Source of the DNA: an uncultured Gemmatimonadota bacterium
GTDB taxonomy: Bacteria > Blakebacterota > Blakebacteria > Blakebacterales > Blakebacteraceae
Length of the DNA: 64,000 nt
NCBI GenBank assembly: GCA_964576115.1
Contig: CAZNUA010000003.1
Coordinates: 15,116 to 79,115, forward strand
Direction of reading: 5' to 3'
The notes beneath the pieces were generated by a model. That model saw only the letters and a list, made by a program, of their open reading frames with translations. It was not told the origin of the DNA and did not search any database. A program made the translations under genes and the position numbers. Positions 16,597 to 26,410 of this stretch are shown in pieces; the stretch's first letter is position 1, and each line of letters starts with the position of its first letter.

Positions 16597-18366
16597 TTAT
16601 CCCTGCCCTCCCTGACGGATTTCGGGGCCCCAGGCACCCGCGGCGCGATCCCAGACGATCCGACCGCCCGTGATGGTATAGTCGACGCGTGCCTCGAGGA
16701 TCTCGGCGGGGGGGATCGTGAAGAGATCGCGATCCATGATCACGATATCGGCCAGTCGCCCCGGTGCCAGTGAACCCTTGACGTTCTCCAGATGGTCGGC
16801 ATAGGCGCTTCCCCGGGTGTAGTAGTAGACGCTTTCCCAGACGGTCAGCTTCTGCTCGGGAAACCACCCCGTTTCCGGTTCCATGCGCTGGATGTTGGTC
16901 CGCGTCACGCTCGAGAACACTCCCCGCATCGGATCGAGTGGTTCGACCGACCAGTCGGTTCCGAAACCCAGCACGGCCCCGGCATCGAGCAGGCTGCGCC
17001 AGGCATAGGCGGTCTTGCATCGGTCGTATCCAACCCGCTCCTCGGCAAAGCGCATGTCGGTCGTACAGTGGGTCGGCTGCATGCTTGGGACCACCCCCAG
17101 CTGACCGAAGCGACGGATATCATCGGGGATCAGCAGTTGGGCGTGCTCGATGCGGTGGCGCATGTCGCGTTTGCCGTTTTCGTTGAGGGCCTGCTCGACG
17201 GCATTGAGGACCATGTGCGAACCCCGGTCACCGATGGCGTGAGTGCCGGTCTGCCAGCCGTGCCGGTCGGCGTAGACGATCAGTCCGGTCAACTCCTCCT
17301 GGGTCATGGTGGGCAGACCGTCGAAATCGGGACGGTCGGTGAAGGGCTCGAACATCGCCGCCGAGCCGTCGCCGAGGGTGCCGTCGATGAAAATCTTGGC
17401 CATCCCGATCCGGATCCAGTAATCGCCGTCTCCGGTGCGCAGGCCCTGCTCGACGTAGCGCCTGATACCGCCGATTCCGAGCCAGCCGGTCCAGCGCAGC
17501 GTCTGCAGCCCTTCGGCCTGCAACTCGCGGATGATCTCCATCTCCGCCAGGCTCGAACTGGTCTGCACGCTGGTCAATCCAAGTTCGGCCGCATGCCGGA
17601 AGCCGGCTACGAGATCGTCCTTCTGCCTCTGCTTGAGTTCCGCGGCGCTCAGACGCTCCCCGCCGCCGGTGCGCAGCAGCCCCTGGGCCGATTCGATCAG
17701 GATGCCGGTCGGTTCGCCGGTGCGTGGGTCGCGCTGGATCTCGCCGGCATGCGGGTTAGGGGTCTCTTTCGTGATTCCGGACATTTCGAGGGCCAGTGAA
17801 TTGACCCAACAAGAGTGGCCGCTGGCCCGGGAGAGGCGAACCGGATTGTCGGGAGCGACCCGGTCGAGATCCTCCCGCGTCGGCCAGTCGTCGCTCGAGG
17901 TCCAGAGAGTGTGATCGTAGCGCGATCCGGTGATCCACACTCCCGGCTCGGCCGCGGCCACCTTTTCGGCAACCAGTTCGAGCACCCTTTCGAGGCTGTC
18001 CACCCCATAGAGATTCAGCCGCCGCAGACCCGATGAGCCGCTGCCGAAGTGGCAGTGGGTGTCGTTGAAACCGGGGATCACCAGCCGGCCGGCGGCATCG
18101 ATGACCTGCGTATCGGGGCCGATGAAGGACTCGATTTCATCGGTGGTGCCCACCGCCACGATCCATTCCCCGCGGACCGCCAGGGCTTCGCCCCGCGGCA
18201 GGCGGCTGTCCATGGTGATTATTGTACCGTTGGTGATCACCAGGGTGGCGGGCTCGGGATCGGCGGCCCCGCCGCGTTGGGCCGCGAGGGTGGCCGGCAG
18301 GGCGAGAAACAGAAGGAAAATACCGGCCAGGGATAGACTGCGACGCACCGCACCCAAACGGGTCAT
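16597..18366 (-). CDS. Secreted metal-dependent amidohydrolase (amidohydrolase-3 family)
   Basis: Signal peptide MTRLGAVRRSLSLAGIFLLFLALPATLAAQ. Motifs PGFNDTHCHFG and GTDW typical of the amidohydrolase superfamily. About 590 aa. Confidence 0.7.
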   Translation of the reverse strand: MTRLGAVRRSLSLAGIFLLFLALPATLAAQRGGAADPEPATLVITNGTIITMDSRLPRGEALAVRGEWIVAVGTTDEIESFIGPDTQVIDAAGRLVIPGFNDTHCHFGSGSSGLRRLNLYGVDSLERVLELVAEKVAAAEPGVWITGSRYDHTLWTSSDDWPTREDLDRVAPDNPVRLSRASGHSCWVNSLALEMSGITKETPNPHAGEIQRDPRTGEPTGILIESAQGLLRTGGGERLSAAELKQRQKDDLVAGFRHAAELGLTSVQTSSSLAEMEIIRELQAEGLQTLRWTGWLGIGGIRRYVEQGLRTGDGDYWIRIGMAKIFIDGTLGDGSAAMFEPFTDRPDFDGLPTMTQEELTGLIVYADRHGWQTGTHAIGDRGSHMVLNAVEQALNENGKRDMRHRIEHAQLLIPDDIRRFGQLGVVPSMQPTHCTTDMRFAEERVGYDRCKTAYAWRSLLDAGAVLGFGTDWSVEPLDPMRGVFSSVTRTNIQRMEPETGWFPEQKLTVWESVYYYTRGSAYADHLENVKGSLAPGRLADIVIMDRDLFTIPPAEILEARVDYTITGGRIVWDRAAGAWGPEIRQGGQG

Positions 18367-18468
18367 AACTGACCTCCGGAACATCATCGGGGTGGGCACA
18401 GATGGTCGGCAGCGATCAGAATCTCTCTGTAGGGAAGTAGCAAACCGGCACGAAAAAGTCAAGGAGTG

Positions 18469-19662
18469 CTAATTAATTCCCGACATTACTCGCACCCATC
18501 CGGAGTATCCGGATGGGCACGAACAGTCTACCTGCTGCCTGCCGTCCAGGGGAGGCTCCGGGCGTCCCATCTCGAACAGGTAGCGCTCCAGACGTTCGAT
18601 CATGGTCTCCTCGCGGTAGTGCTCCTCGATACATCGTCTGCCCACGCGGGCGAACCGGCGGCGCAGTTCGGGTTCGACCGCCAACCGGTGGAGTTCGGAC
18701 GCCAGGCCGTCGACCTCGCCGGGGTCGACGAGCAAACCGTTCTGGCCGTGTTTGATGATCTCGGGTATCCCACCGATCCGGGATCCGATGACCGGTACAT
18801 GGAAAGCCATGGCTTCGATCAGAACCTGCCCGAAAGTCTCATACGGCGTGGTCGAAGGCAGGACCAGAACATCGAAGGCGGGCATGACGGCATCGGGATC
18901 GTCAAGGTGACCGGTGAAAACGATCTGCAGGTTACCCCGGGCGACCGCCTCGGCGCGAGTCCTGAGTTCGCTCTCCATCGAGCCCGAGCCCACCAGCACC
19001 AGGGCGGTCAGGGGACGGGTGTGCGCCAGCTGTACGGCCGCCTCGAGCAAGTCCTGGAAGCCCTTGTGCGGTTCCAGACGACCGACGCCGCCGATGACGA
19101 AATGGTCGGGGGTGAAACCGAAGGCGGTGCGGGTGGGACCCCGACCGCCGTAACGGGCGCGAGCCCGATCGACCCGGGCCAGTTCGATCCCGTTGGGGAT
19201 ATTCTGTACCCGCACTCCCTGCATCCAGGGATATGCTTCGATCGTCCGGCGCACCTCCCGGCTGGGGGTGATGATGCCGTCGAGGTGGCGGCGGTAGAGT
19301 CGCTGATGACGGACCGACGTGTCGAGCATCGGCAATACGCTGCGCATGACGAGATGGCGCAGGGGACTGCGGCGCCGGGCTCGTGCGGCCTGGATCAGAT
19401 CCTTGTTGTAGTTGACGATCGCGATGGTGGCTCCGTTGCGGCGGGCGGCCCGGGCCAGGGCGGCCGAACGCAGCGGATCATAGTCGGCTCCTCCGGCCCC
19501 GGCGACGATGGCGAGATCGGCGCCGGCCGAACGCTCTGCCAGCATGCTCCGGGGCCGGGCGCAGATCCCCACGGTGTGACCGCGCGAACTGAGCCCGCGG
19601 GCGGCGCGTACCATCCACTGCTCCACCCCCCCGAATACGTCGGCAGGCGTCGAGTTGAGCAT
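18469..19662 (-). CDS. Glycosyltransferase family 1 (GT4-like)
   Basis: N-terminal GGVEQWMV and the C-terminal GT1 signature EPHKGF...VLPSTTPYETFGQVLIEAMAFHVPVIGSRIGGIPEII. The last ~25 codons overlap the palindromic repeat element at 18495-18517. Confidence 0.75.
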   Translation of the reverse strand: MLNSTPADVFGGVEQWMVRAARGLSSRGHTVGICARPRSMLAERSAGADLAIVAGAGGADYDPLRSAALARAARRNGATIAIVNYNKDLIQAARARRRSPLRHLVMRSVLPMLDTSVRHQRLYRRHLDGIITPSREVRRTIEAYPWMQGVRVQNIPNGIELARVDRARARYGGRGPTRTAFGFTPDHFVIGGVGRLEPHKGFQDLLEAAVQLAHTRPLTALVLVGSGSMESELRTRAEAVARGNLQIVFTGHLDDPDAVMPAFDVLVLPSTTPYETFGQVLIEAMAFHVPVIGSRIGGIPEIIKHGQNGLLVDPGEVDGLASELHRLAVEPELRRRFARVGRRCIEEHYREETMIERLERYLFEMGRPEPPLDGRQQVDCSCPSGYSGWVRVMSGIN

Positions 19663-19747
19663 CAGAAGGCTCAAGCTGTTCCGGGCTCCCTCACCCCCGG
19701 GTGTATCGGGGCGGGCTTCGAGAAGGTTCCCGGTCAGGGGGAAATGA

Positions 19748-20335
19748 TCACGTTGCAGGGTCGGGATTCCCTTCCAGACCGATCTCGGCGGCAATCCCCT
19801 GCATGGCTTCGAGTACGACTCCGACGTGTTCGGCGACCTCGAGTCCCAGTTCTGCCGCACCGGTGGCGATGTCCTCGCGGTTCACCATGGCGGCAAAGGA
19901 ACGGTCCTTGAATTTCTTTGTGACCGATTTCACCTTCACGTCGTGAATCGATTTGCTCGGTCGCACCAACGCCACCGCCACGATGAAGCCGGTGAGTTCG
20001 TCCACAGCGAAAAGAGCTTTGGACATGAGGGTTTCCCGGGGCACGCCGGTGTAGGGAGCGTGAGCCAGCACGGCGTCTATCACATCCTTCGGGTACCCCT
20101 CTTCTTCGAGAACCCGGGCCCCCACTCGTGGGTGCTCTTCAGCCGTCGGGTGCTTCTCGTAATCCAGGTCGTGGACGAGCCCTGTCACGGCCCATCTTTC
20201 CTCGTCTTCATCGAAACGGCGGGCGTAGGCGCGCATTGCGGCTTCGACCGCCAGGGCGTGGTGGAGCAGGTTCTCCTTCTGCGTCCAGGCTGTCAGCAGT
20301 TGCCAGGCTGCCTCTCGGTTCGGTTCCATATCCAT
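19748..20335 (-). CDS. HD-domain (HDIG-type) phosphohydrolase
   Basis: HHALAVEAAM...GLVHDLDYEK His-Asp metal-binding pattern. 195 aa. Confidence 0.65.
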   Translation of the reverse strand: MDMEPNREAAWQLLTAWTQKENLLHHALAVEAAMRAYARRFDEDEERWAVTGLVHDLDYEKHPTAEEHPRVGARVLEEEGYPKDVIDAVLAHAPYTGVPRETLMSKALFAVDELTGFIVAVALVRPSKSIHDVKVKSVTKKFKDRSFAAMVNREDIATGAAELGLEVAEHVGVVLEAMQGIAAEIGLEGNPDPAT

Positions 20336-20379
20336 ACCTCGTTCCCGTCCAGCGAGGGCTCTTCGGGGAGCGTCTGCTT

Positions 20380-20640
20380 CGGGAACACCGCTCGTGCCCG
20401 TCCGGAGTCTCCGGATGAAGACAAGCGCATGTGGCCTCCGTCAGGCGCAGTATAGGCGGTGAGTCCCGAAAGGGTCAACGGAGGCGGAGGCGAAACTGCT
20501 TTACCGGATGAAGCCGGTGTTCGGATTCGCTACACTAGTTCCCGTCCGGAAACGGCTCGTTTCCGCCTCGGGAACCACGCTCGTGTCCATCCGGAGTTTC
20601 CGGATGGACGCTACACTAGGCTCCTGTCCCAAGTGGAGGT
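20380..20640. repeat. Cluster of related short hairpin-forming repeats: two copies of a ~40-bp unit with the palindrome core TCCGGAGT(C/T)TCCGGA, two copies of CGCTACACTAG and an 8-3-8 inverted repeat CGGAAACG-GCT-CGTTTCCG
   Basis: Read directly. 20381-20420 and 20566-20609 align at ~85% identity (gggaacNacgctcgtgYccRtccggagtYtccggatgRa). No credible ORF spans the 400-bp gap 20336-20743. Confidence 0.6.
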
Positions 20641-20743
20641 TTGCGGGCGAACGGCTCCCGAAAAAGCAGGACGCTTCCTGCGTATCAATACCGGTCGGGG
20701 GCATCGGGCTCCGCAATCCGGTCGAAGATGTCAGGAGAAGAAG

Positions 20744-21301
20744 ATGGAAATCGTCCTCATAGTGATCGGTGCGATCGCGGTTCTGATCATTCTCTGGGTG
20801 ATCGGCGTGTACAACGCTCTCGTCGCCCTGCGCAACCGGGTTCGCAACGCCTGGTCGCAGATCGACGTTCAGCTCAAGCGCCGCTACGATCTGATCCCCA
20901 ATCTCGTCGAAGCCGTGAAGGACTACATGGAGTACGAGCAGGAAACCCTGCAGCGGGTGATCGAGGCGCGCAACCAGGCCATCGACGCCGAAGGCGTCAA
21001 AGCCCAGGGCGAGGCCGAGAACATGCTCACCGGGGCACTGCGCCAGCTCTTCGCCCTGGTTGAAAACTACCCCGATCTAAAGGCCAACCAGAATGTGATG
21101 TCGCTGCAGGAGGAACTGACCAGCACCGAGAACAAGATTTCCTTCTCGCGCCAGCACTACAACGACATGGTCATGACCTTCAACACCCGGATCGAACAGT
21201 TTCCGGCCAATATCGTGGCCGGGATGTTTACCTTCGGCCAGGAAGACTTCTTCGAGATCGGCGAGGCCGAGCGCGAGGTCCCCCGGGTCGATCTGCGCTG
21301 A
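20744..21301 (+). CDS. LemA-family membrane protein
   Basis: N-terminal TM helix, then the LemA core (ALVALRNRVRNAWSQIDVQLKRRYDLIPNLVE...ENYPDLKANQNV...SFSRQHYNDMVMTFNTRIEQFPANIVAGMF). RBS AGGAGAAG precedes the ATG. Confidence 0.85.
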   Translation: MEIVLIVIGAIAVLIILWVIGVYNALVALRNRVRNAWSQIDVQLKRRYDLIPNLVEAVKDYMEYEQETLQRVIEARNQAIDAEGVKAQGEAENMLTGALRQLFALVENYPDLKANQNVMSLQEELTSTENKISFSRQHYNDMVMTFNTRIEQFPANIVAGMFTFGQEDFFEIGEAEREVPRVDLR

Positions 21302-21342
21302 CACCGGCCGCAGGGGGCCCGGTGTAAGCCGGGGAGAGGACC

Positions 21343-22278
21343 ATGACACAGGACGACGGTCAGAGAACCATGGGCAGCTTCTACGCCCATATCAGCGCCA
21401 ACAAGCGCAAGTCAACTTTTCTGGTATTCGCTTTCATCGTGTTGGTGGCGGCCCTCGGATACCTGATCGGTGAGGCCTGGATGGGCGAGGGCCCCGGCTT
21501 TCTCGGCATCTTCGGAATCGTCGCCATCGTCTGGAGCCTGGTGGCCTATTTCGCCGGCGACCGGATGGTCCTGGCGGTCTCCCGCGCCCGGCAGATTCAC
21601 AAACCGGACGATCCCGAACTGTGGAACGTCATCGAGGAGCTCTGCCTGGCCGGAGGGCTGCCGATGCCGCGTATCTACCTCATCGACGACACCGCCCCCA
21701 ACGCCTTTGCGACCGGCCGCGACCCCGAACACGGGGTGGTGGCCATCACCACCGGCCTGCGCTCCAAGCTCACCCGCGACGAACTGCAGGGGGTGATGGC
21801 GCACGAACTTTCCCACATCCGCTTTTACGATATCCGCCTGCAGACGCTGATCGGGGTGCTGGTGGGTCTGACCGCCCTGGTGAGCGACATGTTCCTGCGC
21901 GGCCTGTTCTGGGGGGGACGGGGGGGAGCGCGCCGGCGCCGCTCCGGTTCGGGGGGAGGCGAGGGGCTCCTGCTCATCCTGGCCATCCTGGCGGCCGTCC
22001 TGGCCCCGCTCTTCGCCCGCCTGCTGCAGCTTTCGATCAGCCGCAAGCGTGAGTATCTGGCCGATGCCGGGGCGGTCCAGCTGACCCGCTACCCGGCCGG
22101 GCTGGCCGGGGCGCTGCAGAAGATCTCGGGTGATGCCGAGGTGCTCGAGGTGGCCAACCGGGCCACCCAGCATCTCTATATCGTCAATCCGATCAAATCG
22201 TTCGAGAAACGGGCCAAGAACCTCTTCAGTACTCATCCCCCCACCTCGGAACGTATCGCCCGTCTCAAGGCGATGTAA
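21343..22278 (+). CDS. htpX: HtpX-like M48 zinc metalloprotease
   Basis: HELSH zinc motif, downstream EYLAD, and TM helices. Classic LemA-HtpX pairing. Confidence 0.8.
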   Translation: MTQDDGQRTMGSFYAHISANKRKSTFLVFAFIVLVAALGYLIGEAWMGEGPGFLGIFGIVAIVWSLVAYFAGDRMVLAVSRARQIHKPDDPELWNVIEELCLAGGLPMPRIYLIDDTAPNAFATGRDPEHGVVAITTGLRSKLTRDELQGVMAHELSHIRFYDIRLQTLIGVLVGLTALVSDMFLRGLFWGGRGGARRRRSGSGGGEGLLLILAILAAVLAPLFARLLQLSISRKREYLADAGAVQLTRYPAGLAGALQKISGDAEVLEVANRATQHLYIVNPIKSFEKRAKNLFSTHPPTSERIARLKAM

Positions 22279-22280
22279 CG

Positions 22281-23101
22281 TGAATCTCTTTCCGGTCGAT
22301 TTCCGCCCTGCGATCCCGATCCGAATGGTCCTGGTCGGGCTGGTGCTCGTCGGTTTGGCGGCCTTCCCACCGGCCGCGAGGGCCCAGATCGTCAATATCG
22401 AGAGCATCCTGACCGGTCAGCCCCGTTCCGGTGTGCAGGGTGCCCTGCAGCTGGGTTTCAACCTGCAGCGGGGCAACACCGAATACCGCGAACTGGAAGG
22501 CAACGGGATCGTCCGCTGGCGGACCGGAGCCCACCTGCTGCAGCTGGTGGCGGGTGGATCGTACCGGACCGCCCGTTCCCGGAAAGTCTCCGACAATGCC
22601 ATGGGACATCTGCGCTACGGTCTGTTCCTGTCGGACCATCTCCGGTTCGAAGCCTTTGCCCAGCTCCAGCGGGACGCCTTCGTACGGCTGCGTCGGCGCC
22701 TGCTGGTCGGCGCCGGCCTGCGGACCGCTCTTTTCTCACGGCCTGTCACCGATCCGGAGGGGGCCGAACTGGAGCGGCGTTTTGACCTCGGCCTGATCGT
22801 CATGCACGAGGCCGAAGAACTGCAGGGCGGGCTTTCGACCGACGGCTGGCGGGGCTCGATCCTGCTCAGTATCGGCTGGGGCGTGACCGCCGATATCTTT
22901 TTCGGTACCCAGATTTACCTGCAACCGCTCCTGGGCCGCCGGGGCGACTACCGTATGCTCGGCGACGGTTCGGTGCAGATCCGGCTCCTGGGACCGCTCT
23001 CGCTGCAGACCGGTTTCCGGGTCGTTCACGACAGCCGGCCGCCGGCCGGGGTCAAGAACACCGATCTGGCCCTCCGCAACACTCTGGCGATAGTCTTCTG
23101 A
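22281..23101 (+). CDS. DUF481-like outer-membrane beta-barrel protein
   Basis: Signal peptide LVGLVLVGLAAFPPAARAQ, alternating amphipathic beta-strands and a C-terminal aromatic residue (F). GTG start at 22281 or ATG at 22325. Confidence 0.5.
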
Positions 23102-23262
23102 ACTCCCTACTTTCTAGGTACACCGCTTCGTACGTGCGGTAACGTATCGAATGCGAGCGCCATTGCGAAACGGTGTACGAAGGTGAGACCGCGTCGAACC
23201 GGGTGGTGACCGGAGCGTCTCCAGACCTGTGCCCCGCCCCCCCATTCCCGAGGAGTCCCCCG

Positions 23263-24825
23263 GTGGTGACATACCGTATCCCCGCTGTAACCGGCCTCTT
23301 TCTGACGGTTGTTCTGTGCCTGTTCCCCCTCTCCGTCCGGGCCCAGCAGCCCGTCGGGGCTCCCGCTCCGGCGGTTCAGCGCAATCTGATCGTCCTCGAT
23401 CTCGATCAGGCCCTGCGCTTCGCCCTCGACCAGTCATGGCGCATGGAGCGTCTCAGGCTCGATCTGGAGCGGGATACCTACAACCTGGAGGCTTCGCGGG
23501 CAGGTCTGCGCTCGAATGCGAGCATGAGCCTGACCCTGCCCAATTTCGATCAGTCAATCAAGGAAATCATCGATCCCGATACCGGCGATCCGATCGTGCT
23601 CTCCACCCGGGGCGCCCGCTATTCCGGCTCGGTCTCGATCCGCCAGCCCCTGCCCAGCAACGGGGTCATCTCCCTGAACGGGGTGCTGAACCGCACCACC
23701 GACGATCTCTTCAGCTACACCCCCGGCAAGAAGACGTACTACGGCCGGGTTTACCTGCGCTACGAACAGCCGATCCTGCAGCCCAACCGCATCCAGCTGG
23801 CCATCCGCCGGGCCGAGCTGCAGCTCGAGAATACCGAGATCAGCTTCCTGCAGGAGCAGATCGACATCATCAACGACACCTCGAACGATTATTTCGAACT
23901 CTTCGAGCGGACCTACTACGACATCCTCGCCCGCGAGGAGCGCGACCGGCTCGATCAGCTCTATGCCGCCGGGCGCCGGCTTTTTCAGCGGGGGGTCATC
24001 CCCGAACTCGACCTGCTGGCGCTGGAGATCGAAATGACCAGCCGGCGCGACCGGGCCTCGAGCACCGCCGGTCGGCTCACCCGCGAGAAGGCCAACTTCA
24101 AGCTGCAGATCGGGATCCCCCAGGAACGCGATATCGACGTGCGGCCGTTGCTGACCTATACCCCGGTGGCCATCGACGTGGACCTGGCCACCGAGCGGGC
24201 TCTGGAACACCGCCCCGACATGCGCCGCAACGAGATCTCGATGGAATACCAGGTCATGGACCTCGAGGAGCGCCGTTCGTGGGGCTCGATCAAGGGGACG
24301 GTCAGCCTGACCATGGGTCTCGAAGGACGGGATGAAACCATGGCTGATTTCTATCAGGCCATCACCGATCCCGACCAGGCCCGGGGAGCGGCGGTCAACT
24401 TCACCGTACCCCTCTGGGACTGGGGCAAGAACCGGGCTCAGATCAACGCCCGGCTGGCCGAGATGGAAAAGGTGCGTCGTCAGCGGGAACAGACCGAGAT
24501 CAGCATCAGACGGACCATCCGGAACGTGGTCGATTCGGTCATCGAGGCCCAGGACCGGCTGTCGCTGCTGGTCCGCAGCGTCGACGCCTCTGAACGCGCC
24601 TACCGGCAGAGCGTGCAGCAGTTCGAAGCCGGCACTCTCAACGTGCAGGACCTGCTGCTGACCCAGGGGCGGCTGGCCGAGGCCAAGCGTTCCTACCTGG
24701 AAGCGTACCTTTCCTACCGGCGTTCGCTGATCTCCCTGACCCGCAATACCTACTGGGACTGGGAGGAAAACCAGCCTCTGACCCGCACTCTGGCGGCGTA
24801 TATCGTCGAGAATGGAGAGCATTGA
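23263..24825 (+). CDS. TolC-family outer-membrane efflux protein
   Basis: Signal peptide, then two TolC-type repeats of helical and beta segments (LDLDQALRFALDQS...; QNVQDLLLTQGRLAEAKRSYLEAYLSY). GTG start with a GGAG RBS. Confidence 0.7.
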   Translation: MVTYRIPAVTGLFLTVVLCLFPLSVRAQQPVGAPAPAVQRNLIVLDLDQALRFALDQSWRMERLRLDLERDTYNLEASRAGLRSNASMSLTLPNFDQSIKEIIDPDTGDPIVLSTRGARYSGSVSIRQPLPSNGVISLNGVLNRTTDDLFSYTPGKKTYYGRVYLRYEQPILQPNRIQLAIRRAELQLENTEISFLQEQIDIINDTSNDYFELFERTYYDILAREERDRLDQLYAAGRRLFQRGVIPELDLLALEIEMTSRRDRASSTAGRLTREKANFKLQIGIPQERDIDVRPLLTYTPVAIDVDLATERALEHRPDMRRNEISMEYQVMDLEERRSWGSIKGTVSLTMGLEGRDETMADFYQAITDPDQARGAAVNFTVPLWDWGKNRAQINARLAEMEKVRRQREQTEISIRRTIRNVVDSVIEAQDRLSLLVRSVDASERAYRQSVQQFEAGTLNVQDLLLTQGRLAEAKRSYLEAYLSYRRSLISLTRNTYWDWEENQPLTRTLAAYIVENGEH

Positions 24826-24965
24826 GAGGCTCCTGCACCGGAGGTATCACACCCGGGGCAGGAAAGAGCATGGCGGCCGCAAGGCGGTCGGACATACTGT
24901 GGAGTACGGGGGCTCGACGAGAGCCCCTGTTTTTTCTGTGCAACATTCGCAGGGGCCAGGACGCC

Positions 24966-25586
24966 ATGAAGAGTGAACCCGGACAGCGGAGCGATGACCG
25001 GATGGCCCAGGCGGATGCCCAGCTCGTAGAACAGACCCTGGCCGGCGACCTGAATGGGTACGGCGAACTTCACCGGCGGTACTACGACCGGATCGTGAAC
25101 CTCGTGACCGGCATTGCCGGAGATCGAACCCGGGCCGAAGACGTCGTGCAAAACGCCTGGCTGGCGGCACTCGAGGCCCTGCCGCGGCTGACCGACCGCG
25201 ACCGTTTTTATCCTTGGCTGCGCCGGATCGCCGTAAACCGGGCTATCGAGGAGAAGCGGCGCTGCTCCAGCCGGCAGCGCCTGCACACGGCCTGGCACGA
25301 GGACAGAGGCGGGGGGAGAACGGGAACTCCGGGGGCGGTTCTGAATCAGCTCGCGGGCCGGGAACGGGCCGATGAGGTGCAGCGGGCACTGCGAACCCTC
25401 CCGGAGGGGATGCGGGCCGCGGTCGTGCTCCGCTACTTCGACGAACTCTCGATGCGCGAGATCGCCGGAGTGCTGGGATGCGAGGAAGTCACGGCTCGAA
25501 CCCAGGTTTTCCGGGGCCTGCGCAAACTCGGCGCGGTTCTCGGACCTGCCCGCGGAGAAGCCGAAGGATCAGGTGATAATCCATGA
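24966..25586 (+). CDS. ECF (sigma-70 family group 4) RNA polymerase sigma factor
   Basis: Region 2 (RIVNLVTGIAGDRTRAEDVVQNAW) and region 4 HTH (LSMREIAGVLGCEEVTARTQVFRGLRKL). Confidence 0.8.
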   Translation: MKSEPGQRSDDRMAQADAQLVEQTLAGDLNGYGELHRRYYDRIVNLVTGIAGDRTRAEDVVQNAWLAALEALPRLTDRDRFYPWLRRIAVNRAIEEKRRCSSRQRLHTAWHEDRGGGRTGTPGAVLNQLAGRERADEVQRALRTLPEGMRAAVVLRYFDELSMREIAGVLGCEEVTARTQVFRGLRKLGAVLGPARGEAEGSGDNP

Positions 25587-26410
25587 GTGACAGTCATTCA
25601 CACGTCTGCCCGGATCGGGAACCGGATCTGGAGAGATACCTCTTCGGTGAATTGGATCCCGTCGGCCGGGTCGAACTCGAACGGCATCTGCAGGAATGCG
25701 CCGGGTGTCGGACCGCCCTTGGCGAAGCCCGGACCGGTCTCGGGGCCCTGCACGATCTGGCTGTGGCACCGCTTCCTTTCCTCACCGAGAGTCCGACGGG
25801 GCCGCGGCCCTTCAAACGCTACCTGCAGCCGCTGGCCGCAGCGGCCCTCCTGCTGGTCGGACTCGGACTGGGGCGCTGGCTCTTTCCCGCTCCCGACGTT
25901 CGGGGGCGGCAGGGTGAGGTGGGACCGGCAGCCGGGCAGCCGGCGTTCAGCGTCGAAGCCGAGGCGGTCGATGCTCTGGCCCGCGCCGAGCTGCTGGCCG
26001 ATCTGGGTACCACCTGGGTCGAGGGCGTGCTCGAACTGATGGGGACGGTCATGGAGCTGGAACCGGGCTCGACCCGGGAGGCCGAACTGGAGCGGTTGCG
26101 CGGCGCTGCCCGCCGACTCATTCAGGATGGCCGCCTGCTCACCAGGCGGCTCGATCCCGGGCGGGACGCGGTCTTCCTGTCAGCGATCGGCCGGGCCGAA
26201 TTCATCCTCGAAGATGTAGCCGGGATCGGCGGAGGCGAGGAAACCGACTGGAGCCTGGGCCAGATCCGGCACACCCTGGCGATGACCGGCCTCGATGACC
26301 GGCTCATCGCCCTCGATATGGATGCCGCCGTGACCGAGGCCCTCGAGGCGTCGGGTTGGATCGGCGAGGAATACCGGACTGAAATACTGTCACGGGAGGT
26401 GCAGAGATGA
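25583..26410 (+). CDS. Zinc-finger (zf-HC2) membrane anti-sigma factor
   Basis: HLQECAGC H-x3-C-x2-C motif and a central TM helix. ATGA overlap with the sigma gene. Confidence 0.7.
   Translation: MSDSHSHVCPDREPDLERYLFGELDPVGRVELERHLQECAGCRTALGEARTGLGALHDLAVAPLPFLTESPTGPRPFKRYLQPLAAAALLLVGLGLGRWLFPAPDVRGRQGEVGPAAGQPAFSVEAEAVDALARAELLADLGTTWVEGVLELMGTVMELEPGSTREAELERLRGAARRLIQDGRLLTRRLDPGRDAVFLSAIGRAEFILEDVAGIGGGEETDWSLGQIRHTLAMTGLDDRLIALDMDAAVTEALEASGWIGEEYRTEILSREVQR

Noticed and set aside
18466-19911. 481-aa ORF on the plus strand
   Set aside because: Antisense to the GT1 gene, whose EPHKGF/GT1 signature is on the minus strand.
20505-20540. GTTCGGATTCG resembling a tRNA T-loop
   Set aside because: Flanking bases cannot form a T-stem or an acceptor stem, so there is no cloverleaf.
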